Source: an uncultured Acidobacteriota bacterium
Lineage (GTDB): Bacteria > Acidobacteriota > Vicinamibacteria > Vicinamibacterales > SCN-69-37
Reading direction: 5' to 3'
DNA length: 64,000 bases
Assembly: GCA_963738485.1 (NCBI GenBank)
Contig: CAVTWK010000005.1
Location: 388,690-452,689 of the forward strand
Shown: positions 18,300 through 28,330 of the stretch, in pieces
How the letters are laid out: each line of letters opens with the position of its first letter
Numbering within the stretch: the stretch's first letter is position 1
Notes under the pieces: model-generated
Database searches by the model: none
Seen by the model: the letters and a program-made list of their open reading frames with translations, nothing else
What the model was told of the DNA's origin: nothing
Program-made: the position numbers and the translations under genes

Positions 18300-20721
18300 C
18301 CTCGCGCGCGACGTCCGCCACGCGTGGCGGGCCATCCTGCGCATGCCCGTGCTGGCCGCGGTCATCGTGGCGTCGCTCGGCGCCGGCATCGGCGTCAATA
18401 CCACCGTCTTCTCGTGGATCCAGGCGGTGGTGTTCAATCCGTTGCCGGGCGTCGCCGACAGTGGCCGCCTCAGCTTCATCGAGGCCGTCTCGGGCGGTGG
18501 ATATCCCAGCTCGTCGTGGCTCGAGTACCGTGACCTGGCGGCGCGTGTGCAGTCGTTCGAGTCACTGGGCGCGTCCCGCATGGCACCGCTGCAGGTGGGG
18601 GAGACGGGTCGGACCGAACGGGCCTACGCCCAGCTCGTGTCGGGCAACTTCTTCGACGTCCTCGGCATCCGGCCCGCCCTCGGGCGTCTGTTGACCGACG
18701 CCGATGCGGCGCAACCGGGGCAGGCGCCGGTCGCGGTGATCTCCTACGACTATTGGCAGGCGAATCTCGGCGGGACACCCGACGTGCTGACGCGGACGCT
18801 GCGCGCCAACGACGTCATGCTCACCGTGGTGGGCGTCGCCCCGCGCGAGTTCCAGGGCTCGGTGCTCGGCCTGAGCTTCGACATCTGGGTTCCAGCCACC
18901 CTCGCCCCGGCCCTGAACCGGGGATCGAGCGAACTCGACGACCGACGTCAGCGCGGGTACTCGGTCTTCGGGCGGCTCCGGCCCGGCGTGAGCGAAGCCC
19001 AGGTGCAGGCCGAGGTGTCGGCGGCGATGCGCGACCTGGCGGCGATGCATCCGGCCAGCAACACCGACGTGAACGCGGAGGTCCTGACGTTCTTCAACGC
19101 CCCGCGGGGGCCGCAGCGCTTCTTCGCGAGTGCCCTGTGGTTCCTCCAGGTGGTGATGCTGCTTCTGCTGTTCACCGTCTGCGGCAACACGGCGAACCTG
19201 GTGCTGGCGCGGGCCAGCGCGCGTCAGCGCGAAGTAGGGGTGCGTCTGGCCCTCGGAGCACGACCGTGGCGGATTGCGAGCCTCCTGGTGACCGAGCACG
19301 TTCTCCTGGCCACCGCAGGGACCGCGCTCGGCGTGCTCATCGCGATGTGGGGCACGACGGCGCTGCGGGCGGTCCCTGTGACGGGCGCGTTCCCCGTGAA
19401 GTTTCAGACGCAGATCGATCTGGTGACGTTGATGTTCGCGGGCGGGTTGGGCCTGCTGTCCGCCCTGGTCTTCGGTGTGCCGGCAGCGGCGTATCTGTCG
19501 GAGACGGATCCCATGGTGGCGCTCCGCGCGGGCTCGCGAGGCAGCGGTCGCAGCGGGCTGCGCAGCACGCTCATGGCGGTGCAGGTGGGACTCGCGGTCG
19601 TCGTCCTCATCGCGGCAGGGCTCTTCTATCGCGGCTTCGAGGACAGTCGTGTGATCGACCCAGGCTTTCAGACCGATGGCGTCCTGTTGGCCGCCTACGA
19701 TCTCTCGGGGCGCCTCACCGCCGGCGGTGTGGACCAGGGGCGCGCAGCGCGCGTCTTCGCCGACCGCCTGTTGACGGATCTGCGGGCGATCCCTGGCGTC
19801 GAGGCCGCCGCGATCGCCTCGGCGGTGCCGCTCGACATCCACGGTCTGCCCACGCGGCCCTTCCAGGTCGAGGGGCGCGCCAGGGCCGACGGACAACTCG
19901 AGCGCAGTTCGTCCAACATCGTGACGCCGGGGTACTTTGCGACGCTCGGTATTCGACTGCTGCAGGGCCAGGACTTCAGCAGCCTGGCCGATACCGGTCC
20001 GGCCCCGCAGGCGATCGTCAACGAGGCCTTCGCGCGCGAGTTCCTGCAGGGCGTCGAGCCCCTCGGTCACCGTCTCGATTCGCGTGGTCGCCAGTACACG
20101 ATCGTCGGGGTGGTGCAGACCAGCACCGCCAACGCGTTCGGCGAGGCGCCGACGCCCATGCTGTACCTCTCCTACCGCGACATCACGCCCGGCGCCGGCG
20201 AGATCCACGTGCGGACGTTCCCTGGGCGCGAGGAGGCGCTCGCAACCGCCGTGCGCGGGGTCATCCGAAATCTCGACCCCGAACTGCCGGTCTACAACGT
20301 GCGGACGATGGCCGAGCACATCGATCGCAACCTGGTCCTGCGCCGCATCCCGGCCCGGATGTTCGTCGTGCTGGGGCCGCTGCTGTTGCTGCTGGCGGCG
20401 ATCGGCATCTACGGCGTCGTCGCGTTCTCGGTCTCACAGCGCGCCAAGGAGATTGCCGTTCGGCTGGCGCTGGGCGCGACATCGCAGCGCGTCGTGCGCG
20501 GCATCGTGCGTGACAGCCTCCGGCCGATCTGGGTGGGAGCGATCACGGGCTGGGTGGTGGCGGTGTTCGTGGACATGCACCTCGTGCGCGGCGGTGTGCG
20601 CGACGTGCCCGTCCTGCTGGCCGTGCCGATGGTGCTCATGCTGGTGGCGACGGTGGCGTGCTGGATCCCTGCGCGCCGGGCCTCGTCCATGGCATCGGCG
20701 CGTGTGCTGCGACAGGACTGA
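18292..20721 (+). CDS. ADOP-family duplicated FtsX/MacB-type ABC permease
   Basis: 809 aa. The N-terminus LARDVRHAWRAILRMPVLAAVIVASLGAGIGVNTTVFS is followed by two MacB-periplasmic/FtsX modules. The frame is intact. Confidence 0.85.
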   Translation: MGSLARDVRHAWRAILRMPVLAAVIVASLGAGIGVNTTVFSWIQAVVFNPLPGVADSGRLSFIEAVSGGGYPSSSWLEYRDLAARVQSFESLGASRMAPLQVGETGRTERAYAQLVSGNFFDVLGIRPALGRLLTDADAAQPGQAPVAVISYDYWQANLGGTPDVLTRTLRANDVMLTVVGVAPREFQGSVLGLSFDIWVPATLAPALNRGSSELDDRRQRGYSVFGRLRPGVSEAQVQAEVSAAMRDLAAMHPASNTDVNAEVLTFFNAPRGPQRFFASALWFLQVVMLLLLFTVCGNTANLVLARASARQREVGVRLALGARPWRIASLLVTEHVLLATAGTALGVLIAMWGTTALRAVPVTGAFPVKFQTQIDLVTLMFAGGLGLLSALVFGVPAAAYLSETDPMVALRAGSRGSGRSGLRSTLMAVQVGLAVVVLIAAGLFYRGFEDSRVIDPGFQTDGVLLAAYDLSGRLTAGGVDQGRAARVFADRLLTDLRAIPGVEAAAIASAVPLDIHGLPTRPFQVEGRARADGQLERSSSNIVTPGYFATLGIRLLQGQDFSSLADTGPAPQAIVNEAFAREFLQGVEPLGHRLDSRGRQYTIVGVVQTSTANAFGEAPTPMLYLSYRDITPGAGEIHVRTFPGREEALATAVRGVIRNLDPELPVYNVRTMAEHIDRNLVLRRIPARMFVVLGPLLLLLAAIGIYGVVAFSVSQRAKEIAVRLALGATSQRVVRGIVRDSLRPIWVGAITGWVVAVFVDMHLVRGGVRDVPVLLAVPMVLMLVATVACWIPARRASSMASARVLRQD

Positions 20722-20868
20722 TGGTCACCGCAGAGGGGCAGGCCGCGTGCGCGGCAGGCATCGCGGGCATGACCGGCTTCGATCGACGGTCGCTCGCCGT
20801 GACGCGAACGGCTCCGCCTCGGCAGCCGCGTCTGTCTGACGTCGCCACGGAAGACGTTACACTGGCTG

Positions 20869-22002
20869 GTGCGAAACAGGAATCTGATCGACCATCCCGA
20901 CCAGCTGGCGGCAGCGGTCGTGCGCTGGCAGTCGGCGCCGTACGTCGCCCTCGACACCGAGTTCGTGCGCGAGACGACGTTTCGTTCCAGGCTTGGCCTC
21001 GTGCAGGTCGCCGTGGCGGACGAGGTGGCCTTCGTAGATGCCGTCCGGCTTCGCGACCTCTCGCCCCTCGCCCCCATCGTCAGCAGCCCCCGCACACGGA
21101 AGATCCTGCACGCCTGCTCGGAAGACCTGCCCGGGCTGCGCCGGGCCACCGGTGTGTCGCTCATGCCGCTTTTCGACACGCAGATCGCGGCCGCGTTCGC
21201 CGGACTTGGTCCGGCCCTGTCCTACGGTGCCTTGATCCTCGGGCTGTTCGGGGTGCAACTCGACAAAGGCGAGACGCGTACCGACTGGACGCGCCGACCG
21301 CTGTCACCCGAGCAGCTGCGCTACGCGGCCGACGACGTCGACTATCTGCCTGAGGCCGCGGCCGAACTGGAGCGCCGGCTGCTGGCGCTCGGTCGTCTCG
21401 ACTGGGCCCTCGAAGACTCAGCGACGCTGGCCGCAACCGATGCGGACGGTCCGGCCCCGGCTGACGCGTGGCGCAAGGTGAAGGGGCTGGATGGATGCCC
21501 GGCCGGCGTCCAGGCGGTCGCACGCGAGCTAGCGGCATGGCGGGAACGAGAGGCCGCGGGCCTCGACGTCGCCCGGCCCTTCCTGCTCCGGGACGAGACG
21601 CTGCTCGCCCTCGCGCGCCGCGAGGAGGTCTCGATGCACGAGGTGGTTCGACTCCCCGGTTACGACGAGCGACGGCACCGCGCTCATGCCGCGCGGTGGC
21701 CCGAGGCGCTGGCCGTCGCGCGCCTGGCCGTTGAAGCCAAGGGGACATCCCCGGTAGCGCCCGTGCCCTCCGCTGCGAGTGTCGAGCGACGCGTCGAAAT
21801 CGAACGGGCGATCACTGCGCTCGTGGCCCGCCGCGCCCGCGAGCTCTCGCTGGCGCCAGAACTCCTGTTGTCGCGCCGACAGCGAGATCGTGCGCTCGGC
21901 GCTTGGGACGAGCGCGGACTGCTTTCGGCCTCGATCGGCGGCTTCCGCGCCGCGCTGCTCGGCGCGGAACTCGACGCACTCGCGGAGGGGGCTGCGGGCT
22001 GA
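20869..22002 (+). CDS. rnd: ribonuclease D
   Basis: DEDD exonuclease motifs (VALDTEFVRE, HACSEDL, YAADDVDYL) and an HRDC-like C-terminal region. Confidence 0.85.
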   Translation: MRNRNLIDHPDQLAAAVVRWQSAPYVALDTEFVRETTFRSRLGLVQVAVADEVAFVDAVRLRDLSPLAPIVSSPRTRKILHACSEDLPGLRRATGVSLMPLFDTQIAAAFAGLGPALSYGALILGLFGVQLDKGETRTDWTRRPLSPEQLRYAADDVDYLPEAAAELERRLLALGRLDWALEDSATLAATDADGPAPADAWRKVKGLDGCPAGVQAVARELAAWREREAAGLDVARPFLLRDETLLALARREEVSMHEVVRLPGYDERRHRAHAARWPEALAVARLAVEAKGTSPVAPVPSAASVERRVEIERAITALVARRARELSLAPELLLSRRQRDRALGAWDERGLLSASIGGFRAALLGAELDALAEGAAG

Positions 22003-22119
22003 CCGGGTACGCGGCGCCCGGTAGGCGTGCACGTCAGTCAGACGTGTTTCCGGTTCTCGAACCGTGACCCCTCCGCGTCCGGTCAACCCCTGGTCGCTGA
22101 CGCTCACGCGTGATTCCGC

Positions 22120-22290
22120 ATCCTCGCGTCGAGCTTCGCCCCACGTCGGCTCCGCGGTGAGCCCAGCCCTACTTCCTCCGAGGCCTCCGTGGTGAGCCCC
22201 GTGTCTGGCTCTGCGTGCTCCGTGAGCTCCGCGGTGAGCCCGTGTTCTGCTCCGCTCGCTCCGTAATCCCCGCGGTGAACCCGAAGGGCT
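22120..22290. repeat. CTCCG(C/T)GGTGA(G/A)CCC repeats x4
   Basis: gctccgcggtgagccc, cctccgtggtgagcccc, gctccgcggtgagcccg and ccccgcggtgaaccc at about 35-40 bp spacing, between the convergent rnd and permease stops. Confidence 0.7.
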
Positions 22291-23738
22291 CAGTCGTGCC
22301 TGAGCGCCTGAATGGGATCGAGCTTGGCCGCGCGTGACGCCGGGTAGCTGCCGGCGACGAGGCTGATGAGCAGCGAGAAGCCGATGGCACCGGCAATCAG
22401 CCACCAGGGCATCGAGAAGAGCGTGGCCGCGGTGCCGCCCTGGCGCTCGATGTAGATGTTGGCACCGAGGTTGATGACCTGGCCGACCGCCCAGCCCAGG
22501 GCGATGCCGGCCGCGCCGCCGATCACGCCGATCGTGGACGCTTCCACGAGGAAGATCCCGCGGACGTCGCCGTCGCTGCCGCCGATCGCCTTCATGACGC
22601 CGATCTCGCGCGTGCGCTCCAGGATCGACATCACCATCGTGTTGACGATGCCGAGCGACGACACGGCCAGGGCGATCGACCCGACGAGACCCAGCACGAT
22701 GTCGAGGATGATGAACGCGCGCTTGGCGCCCTCGAGCGCGTCGTTCAGCGAGAACGCCTGATAGCCCATCGCCTTCACCTGGGCCTGCACGTCCTGCGTG
22801 AACTGCGAGCGCGTCACCTTGACCGTGACCGACGGATACCCGGCGCCGCGGTTCGGCATTGGCGGTCTGGTTCAGCATGGACGCCACCGAGTCGGCGTCG
22901 ATCGCGCGCGCCTGGGCCATGGGAATCATCACGCCGGCGACGAGCGTCTGCATGCCCATGCCCGGTGACGGGTCGCGTTCGACGACGCCGATGATGCGGC
23001 AGGTGATGGGCGTGCGCCTGACCTGGCCGGGCGCTCCGGGAACGGGCACGCTCGGCTGACCAGGGCGGGGCCGCGACGGATACGCATAGGTCAGTTCCTT
23101 GCCGATGAGCGCGGCGGTGTCGCCCTCGACCATGCGCGCCGCGAGGTCGAGGCTCAGGATGCAGACGCGGTCCGTCTCGTTCTCGAAGAACGTGCCGGCC
23201 GTCATCGTCTGAAAGGCGCCCTGGCCCCGCGTGGACAGGGGGACGCCGACGAGCGTGTTGAACTCCGTGCGGCCATCGAACGTCAGTTGGACGCCCATCC
23301 GGATATTCGGGAAGACGTCCTTCACCTGGGGGAGCGCCGCGATGCTGGCGAGCGCGGCGTCGTCGAGGGCCGGCAGGGGCGGGTCGGGCGTCGGGGGCGG
23401 CGCGGCCGGGTCGGTCGGCCCGCCCGCGGCCGGTGCCCGGTCCGGTTCCCGCGAACCGCGGTCGGGCCCTGGCCGAACGGCACCGGTCCGCGTCCACGTC
23501 CGCCACGGCCGAACATCTGCCCGCCGATGCCCGTGCGCGTCGAGGTCACCGTAATCACGTCGAACAGGCCAGCGTTGGTGAAGCGACCGACGAACTGCTC
23601 CTGCAGGCCGACGCCGAGTGAGACCATGCCCGAGAGGGATGCGATGCCGATCGAGACGCCGAGCGTCGTCAGCGCGGTCCGCAGTTTCGCCTGACCGAGG
23701 TTCCGCACAGCGAGCGAGACGGTGTCGCCGAGCTTCAT
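22290..23738 (-). pseudogene. MacB/FtsX-type ABC permease, frameshifted as assembled
   Basis: N-terminus [35 protein letters not shown]. The middle (PQVKDVFPNIRMGVQLTFDG...) lies in a second frame. The C-terminal FtsX domain (ILERTREIGVMKAIGGS...SYPASRAAKLDPIQALRHD) lies in a third. Joins are near 23467 and 22848. Confidence 0.8.
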
Positions 23739-24433
23739 GCGTGCGCCTCCGTGCCCGTCTCACTGATGATGCGTCCGTCCAGCATCGTGATCGTCCGGCG
23801 CGCGTAGGTGGCGGCGAGGTTCGCGTCGTGCGTGACCATGATGACGGTCTTGCCCTCGCGTTCGTTGAGTGTGGTCAGCAGCGCCATGATCTCGCGCGAC
23901 GTGCGGCTGTCGAGGTTGCCTGTCGGCTCGTCGGCGAGCAGCAGCTGCGGGTTGTTGGCGAGGGCGCGCGCGATGGCGACGCGCTGCTGCTCACCGCCGG
24001 AGAGCTCCTTCGGCCGATGCTTCTGCCGTCCGCCCAGGCCGACCGACGTCAGCAGGTCTTCGGCGCGCTTCGCGCGCTCGGCCTTCGGCATCTCGGCGAA
24101 GACCATCGACAAGGCCACGTTGTCGGTCGCGCTCATCGTCGAGATCAGGTTGAAGGACTGGAAGATGATGCCGACGGCGTGCCGGCGATACAGGCTCAGC
24201 GCCGCGCTGGGCAGCGTCGCGAGATCCTGCCCGGCGACTTCGAGCGAGCCCGACGTTGCCCGGTCGAGACCCGCGAGCAGATTGAGGAGCGTGGACTTGC
24301 CGGATCCGGATGTGCCGACCAGGGCGATGAACTCGCCCGGCTCGATCGTGAACGACACGCCGTCGAGGGCACGGACGGTCGTCTCGCCCATGCGGTAGTG
24401 CCGAGTCAGGTCGCGCGCGGCCAGATGCGGCAC
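23735..24433 (-). CDS. ABC transporter ATP-binding protein (MacB/LolD type)
   Basis: Walker [10 protein letters not shown], signature [15 protein letters not shown], Walker [14 protein letters not shown] 4-nt overlap with the permease start indicates an operon. Confidence 0.95.
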   Translation of the reverse strand: MPHLAARDLTRHYRMGETTVRALDGVSFTIEPGEFIALVGTSGSGKSTLLNLLAGLDRATSGSLEVAGQDLATLPSAALSLYRRHAVGIIFQSFNLISTMSATDNVALSMVFAEMPKAERAKRAEDLLTSVGLGGRQKHRPKELSGGEQQRVAIARALANNPQLLLADEPTGNLDSRTSREIMALLTTLNEREGKTVIMVTHDANLAATYARRTITMLDGRIISETGTEAHA

Positions 24434-24435
24434 CG

Positions 24436-24526
24436 ACAGAGCATACAGCCTACGGGAGACGGTCTACTGCCTGCGGTAGACCGTCTACAGCCTACCGTAG
24501 CCGGTAGCCCGTTGACCGTCTCCCGT
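24436..24526. repeat. short heptamer-family segment with internal hairpin
   Basis: cagcctacgggagacggtctac tgcctgcg gtagaccgtctacagcctaccgtagccggtagcccgttgaccgtctcccgtc. The stem is GAGACGGTCTAC/GTAGACCGTCT. Confidence 0.7.
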
Positions 24527-24919
24527 CTAACGCACTCGTCTGTCCGACTCGACGAGGATCACCGCGCCGGTGATCGGCAGCTTGATCAGCGCGCCGAGCG
24601 GGCCGAGGTTCAATGCGTCGCGCACCGTGCCGACGACGCGCACGTCGGCGCCACGGCGCGGCACGCCGCGTTCGGAGACGACCCAGATCTGCGCCGGATC
24701 GATCGCCACCCGGTAGGCGCCGCGATTGCCGACCGAGTAGCTGTCCACGACGCGGCCGCTGATCTGAACGTCGCTGTTCCGGTAGCGATACGGATCGTCG
24801 AGGACATGCGAGATGCGCCGGCTGGCGCAAGCCGTCGCGCCCAGCGCCACGAGGAACGCCAACGTGGTGAGACCGACCGCACGCCTGAAGGGCGAGGAGG
24901 CAATCGAAGGGGCTGACAT
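24527..24919 (-). CDS. small lipoprotein, hypothetical
   Basis: ATG 24919 gives MSAPSIASSPFRRAVGLTTLAFLVALGATAC, which is lipobox-like. The rest is beta-rich sequence, possibly OB-fold-like. Confidence 0.6.
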   Translation of the reverse strand: MSAPSIASSPFRRAVGLTTLAFLVALGATACASRRISHVLDDPYRYRNSDVQISGRVVDSYSVGNRGAYRVAIDPAQIWVVSERGVPRRGADVRVVGTVRDALNLGPLGALIKLPITGAVILVESDRRVR

Positions 24920-25027
24920 GACCTTCGCTATTGCGGAAATCGTGCCAGCCTCATCGGCCATCTCCGGCGCGTTGTGCTGGCCCGCGCCACGTGACAACAC
25001 CCCTGGATTGCCTAACTTGTCCTCGCC

Positions 25028-25465
25028 CGGGGACGTCGTGGACTTCTGCGACGCTCCGGGACTGCGGCGTGATTGCCGGGGTCTCCAGCGTCCGTGCAGC
25101 CCGTCGGCACCTCAAGTCTCTTTCACTCCCGCACTTCGGCGTCAATGCCAGCACTTGAGCGACAGTTCCCGCACCTCTGCGCGAACTCCAGCACTTCAGG
25201 CGCGGTCCCGGCCTCCAGCGTCAGTTTCGGGACCTGAGCGTCAGCCTGCACCTCAGCGTCAGGTCCAGCACTTCTGCGTCAGGACCAGCACTTCAGCGCC
25301 GGCCCCGGACTAGGGCGTCAGCCTGCACTTCACCGTCAGGACCAGCACATCAGCCGCGGTCCCGGACTTCAGCGTCAGCCCTGCACTTCACGTGCTTGTC
25401 AGGCCAGCACTTCGCGCGGAGCGCGAAGCACTTCGAGCCCTTTTCACCCAGCACTTCCCGCGTCA
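25028..25465. repeat. array of about 21 units at about 20-bp spacing, core (C)CNG(C/G)AC(T/C)TC(A)GCGTCAG
   Basis: ACTTC-type cores fall at about 25042, 25061, 25109, 25133, 25153, 25173, 25193, 25211, 25232, 25250, 25270, 25290, 25309, 25327, 25347, 25366, 25385, 25409, 25430 and 25454. Confidence 0.8.
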
Positions 25466-25469
25466 GCGC

Positions 25470-28258
25470 CTATTGTGCCGGCCGATAGATCCGCACGTTC
25501 TGAATCTGCAACGGTCCGAGTCCTGCCGCCGCCGCCGTCAGCGTGATGCGCACGAACTTCGCGTTCGTCGGTGAGAACGAAGCCGTCGTGATCGTCGAGA
25601 CCGTGCCTTTCGAGCAGCGGCTGACTCCAGGTCTTGCCGTCCGTGGAGGTCTGCACCTGGAACTCGCGCAGGACCGACGGGCGCGGCGGGTGCCGCCGGT
25701 GGTGCCCCCGCGGCTGGTGCCCCCGCCGCCGGTGGCGCGCCACCACCACGCGCACCGCCCCCGCGACCGCCGCCCGGGGCGTTGAACTGCACCTCCGAGA
25801 TGCGCATCGCCTGCGGCAGTTCGACCTGCACCCACATGCCCGGCACCTGCGGCTCAGCCGACGTCCACCCGATGATCGTCAGCGCCCGGTCGGCCGCCGC
25901 CGTGTTGTGGCTGGCGGACGCCTTCCACGTCTGCTCGATCGGCAACAGCACCGGCAGTGCCGTCGCGATTTCCGGCGCCGTCCACGGCGTCTTGCGATTC
26001 ACGCTCGCGGCCCGCACACGCGCGACGTCCTCCGGGGTGACGAAGGACCCGGTGTTGCCGAAGTCGTTGCGCACGTAGGAGGCGATCGCCGCGACCCAGT
26101 CGTCCTTCTGCGCGCCCATCGGCACCATGACGTTGGTGAACGTCTTGTCGTCGAGCGGCCCGGTCAGGCCGTGCAGCAGCACCTTGATCACATAGTCGCG
26201 ATGGCCCTGCACGCGTGGCGAACCGGCGAGCGACGGACCCATCATCGTGCCCGGCGCCGCGCCGGCCATGGGCGCGCCTCGGCCATCATCGCCATGGCAC
26301 GAGAAGCAGACCTCGCGGTAAATCGTGCCGCCGCGCTGCAACTGGTCCTGCTCGGCAGGGTTGATGCCTGCCGCGCCGCGTCCGCGCGCGCCGGCCGCGA
26401 GCATCAGCTTGCCGATCTCCTGGATCCCGCGCGACTTGTTGGCCTCCATCGTCGCCTGGATGACGGCGGGCGCATCCGCGACCTTCAGCACGTTGATCGT
26501 GAGGATGCCCTGCAGCGCGACGTCCACGTCGCTGTCCTTCGTCGCCGCGCGATAATCGGCGTCGAACGAGCGGTCGCCCTGCTTGTACAGCGTCTCGCTG
26601 GCGCGGATCGCCTGGATGCGCATGCGTGGATTCGGGTCCTTCATGGACGCGCGGACCAGCGCGGCGTCGAGTGCGCCCAGGCCTTCGAGCGTCCACATCG
26701 CGTGGAACCTGGCGAGCAGATTGGTCGATGACGTCGCCATCGTCCGCAGCGCCGGGACGACGGACCTGTCCTGTCGCAAGACGAGCGTGCGCTGCGCGGT
26801 GTCTCGCCACCAGCCGTTGGCGTGGGTGAGGTGCTGCACGAGCTGCGTAGGCGTCTCGCTGTACATCCTCGGCTTCGTCATGTCGAGCGCGATGGCGGGG
26901 AGCGCGGGCTGTCCGGGAATCGGCCGGCTCGCCGCGGGGCCAACCGGGATGCCGGGGAACTCGGGCGTGCCGTCGAAGCGCAGTCGCCAGATGCGGCCGT
27001 GGTGAATGACTTTGTCGAGCTGGTACTGGAAGATCTTGTGGCGCAGATACGAGTTGGCGCGCGTCCACTCGCCTTCCTGGATGATGCCGCGATACATGTC
27101 CGCGATGTAGACGGTGCCATCGGGCGCCGTCTTGATGTTCACCGGCCGGAACAGCGGATCGGAGCTGAGGATGAACTCGGACTTCGGATACACGTTCTTG
27201 AGCTGGGTCAGCCCGTCGGTCTTCACGATGTCCGTGCGCCGGATCAGCCGACCGACCGGCTCGGTGTAGAGCAGGTCGCCGATCAGATCCTCGGGGACGC
27301 GGTGGCCACGCACCATGTCCTGACCGCCGGTCGCGGTTGCGTGATTGACCACGCCTGTCGGGACGCGCACGCGGCTCATGCCGCCCTGCATGTCGCCCAG
27401 GCCGACGATCGGCCAGACGATGTCGAACTCGGGTTCGTATTCGTCGGCGATGCGGTAGGCGCCGTACTGGATCGGCACCTGGAAGTTCAGCGGGCCGCGC
27501 TCGCAGCCCGCGCACGTGAACCACATCTTGCCGTCGTCGTCCTGCGTCAGGCCCCACTGGCCGCCGTTCGAGCCGGTGGCTTCGCGGATGATGCCGGTCG
27601 GCGTCCAGCGGAAGCGGAACGAGTTGTAGGTGCTGTAGATCCAGTTGTCGAGGCCCCAGACGAACCCGCTCTGTTCGTGCTCGAGGTTGCCGTCACGGCC
27701 GATGCCGACGCCGCTGTAGAAGATCTCGCGCTTGTCTGCCACGCCGTCGCCGTTGGTGTCCGTCAGCTTGATCACGTCGTCGGACGCGGTCTCGTTGGTC
27801 AGGATGGAGTTGGCGTCGAGCGGCAGCACCATCCGCGGCAGCACGAGCTTGTCGGCGAAGACGACCTTCTTGTCGAACGTGCCGTCGCCGTTGGTATCTT
27901 CCCAGCGGCTGATGCGGCTTTCCGGCGCGTGCTGGTTGGTGCCCTCGACGTCAGGCATGTAGGTGACGAACTCGCAGATGTACATGCGACCCAGGCCGTC
28001 GAACTCGATGACCGCGGGCGTATCGATGTCCGGGTCGGAGAGGACCAGCTCCATGCGGTAGCCCGGCGGGAGCAGGAACGTCTTCGCCTGCTCGGCAGCG
28101 GTCTTGGCCTTGATCGGATCCTTCGGGCCGAAGTCTGCGCGCGTGGACGGAATCAGCGGGTAGGGCTGCGACTGACCGAGCATCGAGATGCTCGCGACAC
28201 TGACCAGGCCAAGGGCCAGCATCCAGACACGGGGGCGCGACGAGGGGCTGAGGCGCAT
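25470..28258 (-). pseudogene. PVC-type membrane-bound-dehydrogenase-like heme-binding protein with C-terminal discoidin-like domain; 3' end frameshifted
   Basis: Signal/anchor MRLSPSSRPRVWMLALGLV. It has a dehydrogenase-like propeller region, HEAT-like repeats and the cytochrome c motif CFSCHGDDG. The last ~70 codons (SVLREFQVQTSTDGKTWSQPLLE, then GTVSTITTASFSPTNAKFVRITLTAAAAGLGPLQIQNVRIYRPAQ*) sit in two other frames, with joins near 25683 and 25609. Confidence 0.75.
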
Positions 28259-28330
28259 GACTGCACGTCTCCTAGAGGAATCCGATCGAACAGGATTCGA
28301 TATGGAACCGATTCCATCAAGTTCTAGCAC

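Noticed and set aside
18562-20319. Very long ORFs antisense to, or out of frame with, real genes. Examples are 1093..2607+, 10788..12353+, 12498..14495+, 18562..20319-, 18753..20513+, 40919..42571-, 42605..43498-, 44698..45888- and 49490..50878-.
   Set aside because: Their composition is Arg/Ala/Gly/Pro-rich with no motifs. Each overlaps a frame with clear domain motifs and high GC3. These are the typical shadow ORFs of a very GC-rich genome.
21529-23763. A 744-aa minus-strand ORF spanning the rnd 3' end, the intergenic repeats and the permease gene.
   Set aside because: Only its middle third (PQVKDVFPNIRMGVQL...MLNQTANA) is protein-like, and that part belongs to the frameshifted FtsX permease. 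The rest is antisense or non-coding read-through.
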